Source: Myxococcota bacterium (GTDB lineage: Bacteria > Myxococcota_A > UBA796 > UBA2385). From it: a stretch of DNA of 13,313 nt. The notes under the pieces were generated by a model. It was not told the origin of the DNA. It made no database searches and was given only the letters and a program-made list of their open reading frames with translations. The stretch covers positions 1 to 13,313 of the forward strand of contig JBIJDH010000055.1 of NCBI GenBank assembly GCA_044344255.1, given 5' to 3'. Positions 7,362-13,313 of the stretch are shown piece by piece. The translations under genes and the position numbers were made by a program. Position 1 is the first letter of the stretch. The number at the start of each line of letters is the position of its first letter.

Positions 7362-8252
7362 TTGGACATTGAGAACCTGAAACGATTCGTCCTCATCGTG
7401 GACGTCGGGTCCATTCAAGGTGCGGCCCTCCAGCTCGGCTTGTCCCGATCTGTGCTGCGCCGCAGCATGGCCGAGCTCGAGACCGAGATCGGCGCCCCCC
7501 TCCTGCACCGCGACCCCTCCGGTGTTCGGCTGACCGCGGCCGGCGCCGTGACGCTGCACCGCGCTCGTCCGCTGCTCGAGTCCGTCCAATCGCTGGTGAC
7601 GGAGGCTCGAGCCGGAGAGATCGAGGCCCGCGGCGTGATCCGCGTCATCGAGCCGGTCGGACTGCCGATGGCGATCCACATGAACGCCATCCTCGCGGCT
7701 CACGCGGCCATGCCGGCGCAGCGGATATCGGTGCGGCACGCCGAGGACCCGCTGGCAGAGCTGGACCATCCCTTCGAGCTGATGCTCCACGAGGGACCAC
7801 CACCCGACCGCAACAACTGGTTCTCTCGCGTCGTGGTTCGTGTGAAGGTGCGACCCGTCGCGTCGCGGGAGTACCTCCAACGTCGGGGGGTGCCGGTCCG
7901 CGTCGCGGACTTGGCCCACCACGAGACCCTCGGCTGGAGCCGCCCCGGGCACCCGGCCAGCGCGTGGCCACTGCTCGGAGGCGGCGCGGCGGAGGTGCTG
8001 CCCTGGTTCACCTCCTCCGACCCCCAGCTCCTGACCACGCTGGCGATGCGGGGGGGCGGGATCTTGCTCGGACCGGACATGCCCTTCTTCGACGATTCGT
8101 CGGCAGAGCCGCTCCAGCCCGTGCTCGAGGACCAGATCGGGACTGAGATCGTCTTCCGCGTCACCACGCCCTTTCCGTTCCGGGCGGACCCCCGCACACG
8201 AGACACCGTCGCCCTGATCGTCTCCCAGCTCGAGGGCCTCCCGCTGGACTGA
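7362..8252 (+). CDS. LysR-family transcriptional regulator (296 aa, TTG start)
   Basis: N-terminal wHTH (LKRFVLIVDVGSIQGAALQLGLSRSVLRRSMAELETEIGAPLLHRDPSGVRLTAAG). The substrate domain has VASREYLQRRGVP..DLAHH, resembling the CrgA/DmlR type. GGAG lies upstream of the TTG. Confidence 0.92.
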   Translation: MDIENLKRFVLIVDVGSIQGAALQLGLSRSVLRRSMAELETEIGAPLLHRDPSGVRLTAAGAVTLHRARPLLESVQSLVTEARAGEIEARGVIRVIEPVGLPMAIHMNAILAAHAAMPAQRISVRHAEDPLAELDHPFELMLHEGPPPDRNNWFSRVVVRVKVRPVASREYLQRRGVPVRVADLAHHETLGWSRPGHPASAWPLLGGGAAEVLPWFTSSDPQLLTTLAMRGGGILLGPDMPFFDDSSAEPLQPVLEDQIGTEIVFRVTTPFPFRADPRTRDTVALIVSQLEGLPLD

Positions 8253-8290
8253 CCCTCTCGCACCTGCTCCCTGCCCCCGATTGACCCGCT

Positions 8291-8383
8291 TGGCTCGGGA
8301 CGCGACATCGGCTGGCCGCTGAAGAGCCAGGGTTCTCGGCTCGACTCTGGCAGAGTGGACACGAACCGCCCTCTGGAGAGTAC
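8291..8383 (+). promoter_or_regulatory. Duplicated leader, copy B (putative LysR operator/promoter of the GT87-FMO-FGE operon)
   Basis: TGGC-N9-GACA (8291-8307), (C)TGGC-N9-GCCA(G) (8312-8330), ACTCTG-G-CAGAGT (8344-8356), GGAG before ATG 8384. The 30-bp core 8304-8333 is identical to 4137-4166. Confidence 0.7.
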
Positions 8384-10078
8384 ATGAACGTCGGAACGGC
8401 GAACGGCGGGCCAGCGCCCAGCGGGGAGCGGGCAGGCTTCGTCGCGCTCGTCGGGCTCCTGCTCGCGCCCATCCTCGCCCAGGGCGCATGGCTGCCCCTC
8501 CAGCACGTCTTTGGACCCGCAGGCCAGGCCGGGATGATCACGGGGGCCGCCCTCGGGGTCGCCGCGGTCCACTCGTTCGCCGCCTGGATCGGCCGTCGGC
8601 GGTCGCCGTGGCTCCCGGCCGTCGCGGGGGGCCTGTCCGCGGTCTTGTTGTCGGCCGGTCTGTCACTCGGCACGCCAGGGCTCCTCACCCTCTTGATCGT
8701 CGCCGCCGCGATCGCGTCGCTCTCGGCGTGGTTGCCCTCCCGACTCCCGCCCACGCTCGACGGCCTGGCCGCAGGCCACAAGGCGCTCACCGCCCTCTAC
8801 CTGCTCGTCGCCCTGTCCTCGGTCGCCTCCGTCACGAAGGTGAGCGTCTTTATGGGCGACCCCACCCAGATTGACCTCCAGGCGCTCCCCGGCGAGAAAT
8901 TCACAGAGACCCACAGCTGCCTCTCCGCCTATGTGCGGGCGCTCGATCTGGCCCGCCAGGGCGTCGACAACCTCTACTCGGACCCCTGGTGGTTTGGGTC
9001 GCTCGGGCTGCCACCCCTGCCCGAGGGGGCTGCGGACCCTTGGGCTCCCTTCGGCCTGGACAATTTCAGCTATCCGCCCACCTTCCTCCTGGTCGCGTCG
9101 CCGCTGGCCGTGCTGGACGGGGACTTCCTCGCCCAGCGCGCCCTCTGGTTCGTGCTGAACGGGCTGGTGGGCGCCCTCGGCCTCTGGAGGGTGGCGCAAT
9201 GGATCGGCGGCCGGGCGGCGCATCGGGTCCTGCTGCTCGCGCCGCTCTTCTTTGGCAGCTTACCCGTCCTCCTGACGCTCCAGATTGGCAATTTCCACCT
9301 GGCGGCGACCGCGCTCTCGCTCTTGGCGATGGTCGCCTTTGACCGGCGCCGCTCCGCGCAGGGGGGGGCGCTGCTCGCTGTGGCCATCCTCTCCAAGATC
9401 TCCCCCGGTATCCTAGGCGTCGTCCTGCTCGTCCAGCGCCGCGCCCGAGAGGCCGCGCTCGCCGCCGGCTTCGGCGCGCTGGTCCTCGCGCTCGCCGCGC
9501 TGTGCTTCGGATTGGACCCCATCCAGTCTTTCGTGTCCTACGCCCTCCCGCGGCTCAGCTCGGGACAGGCCTTCCCCTTCATGGACACCGACGCCGGCAT
9601 CGCCACCAACATGTCCCCGTTTGGGCTCCCCTTTAAGCTGAAGCTCCTCGGCCTCGACATCGGCGAGCCCTGGCACCGCGGCCCGCAGTTCGCGCGGGCC
9701 TACACGCTCGGCCTCTTGCTGCTGACCATCGCGGGCGCGCGGCGGATGGGAGATCGGCGCGACCAGGCGGTCCGGTGGATGGCCTTGCTCGTCCTCGCCT
9801 CGATGCAGAGCCCCTTCTGCCCTGCCTACTCGACCATCGGCCTGCTGTGGGCGACCACCCTCTTGTCCGTCGAGGTGCGCCGGGCGTGGCACGCGGTGGC
9901 GCTCATCGCGCTCTGGCCGGCGATCCTGCTCGTGCCCCAGGGCCTCGACCTCGTGCCGCTGGCCGTCCTCAGCATGGCCCACTCGGCCCTGACCATCGGC
10001 GTGTGCGCCTGGCTGGTCCTCCGCGCACCGCCTGAAGGGCCCCCGGAGATTCAGGCACTCACCACTCCGATTGAATGA
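8384..10078 (+). CDS. Glycosyltransferase family 87 (DUF2029, GT-C fold) multi-pass membrane protein
   Basis: Many hydrophobic segments. Motifs NFSYPPTFLLVASPL, LWFVLN, LQIGNFH and ALLAVAILSKISPG match the GT87 pattern (YPP / GN or GQ / KxxP). It carries an extra N-terminal transmembrane bundle. Confidence 0.82.
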   Translation: MNVGTANGGPAPSGERAGFVALVGLLLAPILAQGAWLPLQHVFGPAGQAGMITGAALGVAAVHSFAAWIGRRRSPWLPAVAGGLSAVLLSAGLSLGTPGLLTLLIVAAAIASLSAWLPSRLPPTLDGLAAGHKALTALYLLVALSSVASVTKVSVFMGDPTQIDLQALPGEKFTETHSCLSAYVRALDLARQGVDNLYSDPWWFGSLGLPPLPEGAADPWAPFGLDNFSYPPTFLLVASPLAVLDGDFLAQRALWFVLNGLVGALGLWRVAQWIGGRAAHRVLLLAPLFFGSLPVLLTLQIGNFHLAATALSLLAMVAFDRRRSAQGGALLAVAILSKISPGILGVVLLVQRRAREAALAAGFGALVLALAALCFGLDPIQSFVSYALPRLSSGQAFPFMDTDAGIATNMSPFGLPFKLKLLGLDIGEPWHRGPQFARAYTLGLLLLTIAGARRMGDRRDQAVRWMALLVLASMQSPFCPAYSTIGLLWATTLLSVEVRRAWHAVALIALWPAILLVPQGLDLVPLAVLSMAHSALTIGVCAWLVLRAPPEGPPEIQALTTPIE

Positions 10079-10110
10079 ACCACAACCCGGCCGACAGGCA
10101 GGAGAACGAG

Positions 10111-11904
10111 ATGAAGATCTGTGTCATCGGTGCGGGGCCCTCGGGGCTGACCACGATCAAGCAGCTGCTCGACGAGGGACACACCGTCCAGTGTTACGAG
10201 AGAGGCAGCAACATCGGCGGAATCTGGCAACGCAGTCAGAACCCCACGACAGACGCCGACGACATGAAGGTGTTCGACAACCTGATCCTGACGATCTCGA
10301 TCCGGCTGATGTCCTACTCTGACTTCATGGTCGGTCCGGACCGGGTCTTCTACACCCACAAACAATACCGAGAATACCTGGAAGCCTACGCCGATCGCTT
10401 TGGGCTGAGGAGACACATCACCCAGGACGCGACGGTCGAGGAGGTCCGCAAGTGCGAGGACGGGCAGTGGTCTGTCACCGTATCGGTGAACGGAGCGCGC
10501 CAGACCGAGGTGTTTGGCGCCGTGGCGGTGTGCTGCGGACCCTTCCAGTCACCCGACACCACCTCCGTCCCCGACATCGACCAGTTCGCCGGGGAGGTGG
10601 TCCACTCCGCCGCCTATCGTAACAACCGGCGCTTCGCTGGGAAACGCGTGTTGATCGTCGGTCTCGCCGAATCCGGCGCCGATCTCGCGCGCGAGGTCTC
10701 CGACGTGGCCTCGGCCGCGACGCTCTCGATCCGCTCCTACTCCTTCCTGCTGCCCCGGCTGCACGAGGGCGAACACGCGACGGACTCCACGGACACGCGC
10801 TCCCTCATCTACGACCACTTCGTCCGCTCGATCCCACCCCCGCCGATCCCAGCGCTCCACGGCGAGGGCCCCCTCCAGCGCGCGCTCTTCCAGCTCGTCG
10901 TCTGGACCATCGGGCTGGCCCTGGGGCCAATCGAGGCTCTGATCTCTCTCTTCCAGCGGCGGCCAGCAGCGGACCCGGGCCGGAACGGCCTCGGTGAGCC
11001 CGCCCATCCCCCGAAGCTCGACATCGCCTGCGAGTGGACCCCGGAGCATGTCGAGGCGATCAACGAGTGGAACCGCCGCTCCCACAACTATGAGAGCAAC
11101 TGGACCCAACAGATCGTCTTCTCCAAGAACGTGAGCTTCATCCCCAACCTCGTCAACGGCAAGCTCCGCTTGAATGACCGCGGCGTGGAGCGGATCTCGG
11201 GCCACCGGGTGTACTTCAAGGACGGGAAGTCCGAAGAATTCGACACCATCCTCCTGTGCACCGGCTTCAAGATGAACTTCGCGGCCCTGGGCCCTGACCT
11301 CGCCGTGAAGGACAACAACGTCCGGAATCTGTACAAGCACGCCTTCCACCCGGCCCACGGCGGGCGACTGGCCTTTATGGGCTTCGTCCGACCGTACACC
11401 GGCGGGATCCCCGTGGTGGCCGAGATGCAGGCTCGCTACTTCGCCCTCCTGTGCAGCGGCAAACACCGTCTCCCCGACGACCTCACGACCCGAATCGAAC
11501 AGGAGAAGGTCTGGGAGGACCGAGTGGTCGCGTTGAGCCCCCGGCACCCGGAGACGATCCCGTCACGGACCCTCTTCGTCGACGCGATGGCCAAAGAGAT
11601 CGGCTGCCTCATGCCGCTGTCGAAGCTGGTGCTCCACCCCCGCCTCCTCGTGCGGCACTGGTTCTATCCCTACAACCAGGCCTGCTACCGACTGACCGGA
11701 CCGCACAGCGACCCCGCCTACGCCGAGCGGGAGATGATGAGCGACCGGATCGGCCCCTTGAACATGACGATCTCCACGATCTTCCTCCTGCCCCTTCAGT
11801 TCCTTCCACGCTCCATTCATCCGAAGTACGTGCTTCACCGCCTGCCGCCCTCGGCACGGGGACGCGCCAAGACCGCCACTCGCACGACCCTGGGGGGAAT
11901 ATGA
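10111..11904 (+). CDS. Flavin-containing monooxygenase (class B, FMO-like)
   Basis: FAD Rossmann motif KICVIGAGPSGL, GGIW, FMO fingerprint FAGEVVHSAAYR (10585-10620), second Rossmann motif VLIVGLAESGAD, DTILLCTGF, and AEMQAR. Start placed at ATG 10111 (AGGAG RBS); the in-frame ATG 10075 overlapping the GT87 stop is an alternative. Confidence 0.9.
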   Translation: MKICVIGAGPSGLTTIKQLLDEGHTVQCYERGSNIGGIWQRSQNPTTDADDMKVFDNLILTISIRLMSYSDFMVGPDRVFYTHKQYREYLEAYADRFGLRRHITQDATVEEVRKCEDGQWSVTVSVNGARQTEVFGAVAVCCGPFQSPDTTSVPDIDQFAGEVVHSAAYRNNRRFAGKRVLIVGLAESGADLAREVSDVASAATLSIRSYSFLLPRLHEGEHATDSTDTRSLIYDHFVRSIPPPPIPALHGEGPLQRALFQLVVWTIGLALGPIEALISLFQRRPAADPGRNGLGEPAHPPKLDIACEWTPEHVEAINEWNRRSHNYESNWTQQIVFSKNVSFIPNLVNGKLRLNDRGVERISGHRVYFKDGKSEEFDTILLCTGFKMNFAALGPDLAVKDNNVRNLYKHAFHPAHGGRLAFMGFVRPYTGGIPVVAEMQARYFALLCSGKHRLPDDLTTRIEQEKVWEDRVVALSPRHPETIPSRTLFVDAMAKEIGCLMPLSKLVLHPRLLVRHWFYPYNQACYRLTGPHSDPAYAEREMMSDRIGPLNMTISTIFLLPLQFLPRSIHPKYVLHRLPPSARGRAKTATRTTLGGI

Positions 11905-13169
11905 ATCAGACTCCGCTCGCCGAGCTGAACCGGCTCACGTCCATCCTCGCGCTGCTCTGCCTGTGCGCGTGCGAGGGCTCCAAACAGTCGAATACACCGG
12001 GGGAGGGTGCGAGCGGCGAGGCCGACGCGGACACCGACGCAGACACCGACGCAGACACCGACGCAGACACCGACGCAGACACCGACGCAGACACCGACGC
12101 AGACACCGACACGGGGGCGCCTCCGGACGTGGACGGGGACACCTTCACGACCGAGGTAGACTGCGACGACACCGACGCGGCGATCTACCCTGGCGCGACC
12201 GAGCTGTGCGATGAGGTTGACAACAACTGCGACGGCGCGGTGGACGAGGACACCGCCGCCGACGCCTCGACTTGGTACGCCGACGCCGATGGCGACACCT
12301 ATGGCGACGAGGCTAGCACCCGGCTCGCTTGCGAGGCGCCGACGAGCTTCGTCGCAGATGCCACCGACTGCGACGACACCAACCCCACCCAGCCCGACGC
12401 GCTCGGGAGCTGTGCCGTCCCCTATGCGACGGACTTCGGCAGTGAGATGGTAGTGATCGGCGCAGGCGCCTTCGCGATGGGGAGCGGCGCCGGTGATCCC
12501 TACGACTACTACCCCGACCATGACGTGACGCTGACCCATTCGTTCTGGATCGGGAGATCCGAGATTACGCAGGAGGCGTGGGAGGCGTGGACGGCGGCCA
12601 CCAACCCATCCGCCTTCTCCGGGGCGCTGCTGCCCGTGGACACAGTCTCCTGGACCAGCGCCGCGTTGTACGCCAACGCCCTCTCTACCTTGGAGGGCCT
12701 GACACTGTGTTACGAGGCGGACGGCTCCGCGATGGTCACCGCCTATCTCGCCGATCCCTATGGCTGTCCGGGCTATCGCCTGCCGACGGAGGCCGAGTGG
12801 GAGTACGCCGCTCGGGCGGGCGTCGACACCACGTACGCGGGCTCCAACTCCGCCTCGGACGTCGCGTGGACCTCCGAGATCTCCAGCGCCACCACCCACG
12901 AGGCCTGCACCCTCGCGGAGAACGCCTGGGGCACCTGTGATATGAGCGGGAACGTATGGGAGTGGGTGAACGACTGGTACGGTGACGCATCCAGCACATC
13001 CGCTAACGACCCGGCGGGGCCCTCCACCGGGAGCTCGCGGGTGGTCCGCGGCGGCAGCTGGATCAACTCGGCGGGCGACGCCACGGTGGCCTTTCGCCTC
13101 CTCGCTGGACCAGAATACGGAAACTACTACCTCGGATTTCGCCTCGCCCGATCGTCTCTCGCTCCCTGA
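11901..13169 (+). CDS. Lipoprotein with ADTD linker, MopE-like repeats and a C-terminal FGE-sulfatase (SUMF1-like, C-type-lectin fold) domain, 422 aa
   Basis: The ATG overlaps the FMO stop (ATGA, 11901-11904). Hydrophobic ILALLCLCA-C lipobox-like signal; DCDDTDAAIYPGATELCDEVDNNCDG repeat; FGE motifs FAMGS, PVDTVSW, YRLPTEAEWEYAARAG, DMSGNVWEWVND, RVVRGGSW and LGFRLAR. Confidence 0.9.
   Translation: MNQTPLAELNRLTSILALLCLCACEGSKQSNTPGEGASGEADADTDADTDADTDADTDADTDADTDADTDTGAPPDVDGDTFTTEVDCDDTDAAIYPGATELCDEVDNNCDGAVDEDTAADASTWYADADGDTYGDEASTRLACEAPTSFVADATDCDDTNPTQPDALGSCAVPYATDFGSEMVVIGAGAFAMGSGAGDPYDYYPDHDVTLTHSFWIGRSEITQEAWEAWTAATNPSAFSGALLPVDTVSWTSAALYANALSTLEGLTLCYEADGSAMVTAYLADPYGCPGYRLPTEAEWEYAARAGVDTTYAGSNSASDVAWTSEISSATTHEACTLAENAWGTCDMSGNVWEWVNDWYGDASSTSANDPAGPSTGSSRVVRGGSWINSAGDATVAFRLLAGPEYGNYYLGFRLARSSLAP
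12027..12110 (+). repeat. 12-bp coding tandem repeat GCAGACACCGAC x7 (Ala-Asp-Thr-Asp linker)
   Basis: Seven consecutive units; the first has GCG and the other six are identical. Confidence 0.97.
13047..13151 (+). other. Candidate DGR variable region (VR) at the 3' end of the FGE-domain gene
   Basis: Between RGGSW and GFR, the positions that are Asn in typical DGR template repeats all carry NNC/NNT codons, and third-position GC falls locally. No template repeat or reverse transcriptase is present in the window. Confidence 0.45.
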
Positions 13170-13189
13170 GCGCCAGCGGTGTCGCGGGC

Positions 13190-13313
13190 TCAGCGCTCGC
13201 TGTCGAGGGCCATCATCTGGGCGGCGGCGTAGCGGGTGCCCGCCGCGGCGCCGGCGGGCACGGCGGCCTCGATCGCCGCGAGGTCCGCCGCGTCGAGCGT
13301 GATCTCGACGGCG
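13190..13313 (-). CDS. Aldo/keto reductase, C-terminal fragment (gene continues beyond the window)
   Basis: Not in the ORF track. The minus strand reads AVEITLDAADLAAIEAAVPAGAAAGTRYAAAQMMALDSER*, the characteristic ...L+AIEAAVP.GAAAG.RY...M..LDSE tail of bacterial aldo/keto reductases. Stop is TCA at 13190-13192 on +. Confidence 0.8.
   Translation of the reverse strand, partial: AVEITLDAADLAAIEAAVPAGAAAGTRYAAAQMMALDSER

Noticed and set aside
8281..8309. TTGACC as the -35 box of the GT87 promoter
   Set aside because: No convincing -10 at 17-bp spacing, and it is not conserved in leader copy A.
4124..8386. Block between the direct repeats as a transposon or integrative element
   Set aside because: No transposase, integrase, terminal inverted repeats or tRNA target visible in the window.
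11451..11900. N-terminal extension of the FGE ORF (572 aa in the ORF track)
   Set aside because: Off-frame overlap with the FMO giving Arg/Pro-rich nonsense. The signal peptide begins at ATG 11901.
12027..12110. Short repeats as a CRISPR array
   Set aside because: No spacers, in-frame coding repeat, and no cas genes. The same applies to the 17-bp and 213-bp repeats.
12448..13169. FGE domain as a catalytic formylglycine-generating enzyme
   Set aside because: It lacks the catalytic cysteines after RGGS (reads RGGSWINSAGDA), and no sulfatase is nearby. A binding domain is more likely.

Overview
High-GC bacterial DNA. The Asp/Cys-rich MopE-like repeats, DADTD linkers and LysR style suggest Myxococcota or a related deltaproteobacterium (inference). 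Gene order: 5'-truncated repeat-rich surface protein (<1-2292) > membrane-anchored HEAT-repeat protein > a decayed zone (G-rich 17-bp repeat, orphan coding fragment, frameshifted DUF4920 gene on the minus strand) > RoxA-like di-heme cytochrome c lipoprotein > DUF4331 protein > LysR regulator > GT87 (GT-C) membrane glycosyltransferase > flavin monooxygenase > FGE-sulfatase-domain lipoprotein, converging on the 3' end of an aldo/keto reductase. Two signals stand out. (1) A ~97-bp leader is duplicated (84/97 aligned columns identical) directly upstream of the cytochrome gene and the GT87 gene. It has tandem TGGC-N9-G[A/C]CA dyads in LysR RBS/ABS geometry, which suggests a compact two-operon regulon controlled by a LysR with a non-canonical recognition helix. 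(2) The last ~35 codons of the FGE-domain lipoprotein have the codon signature of a diversity-generating retroelement (DGR) variable region, although no template repeat or reverse transcriptase lies in the window. All family calls come from motif recognition by eye, not database searches.
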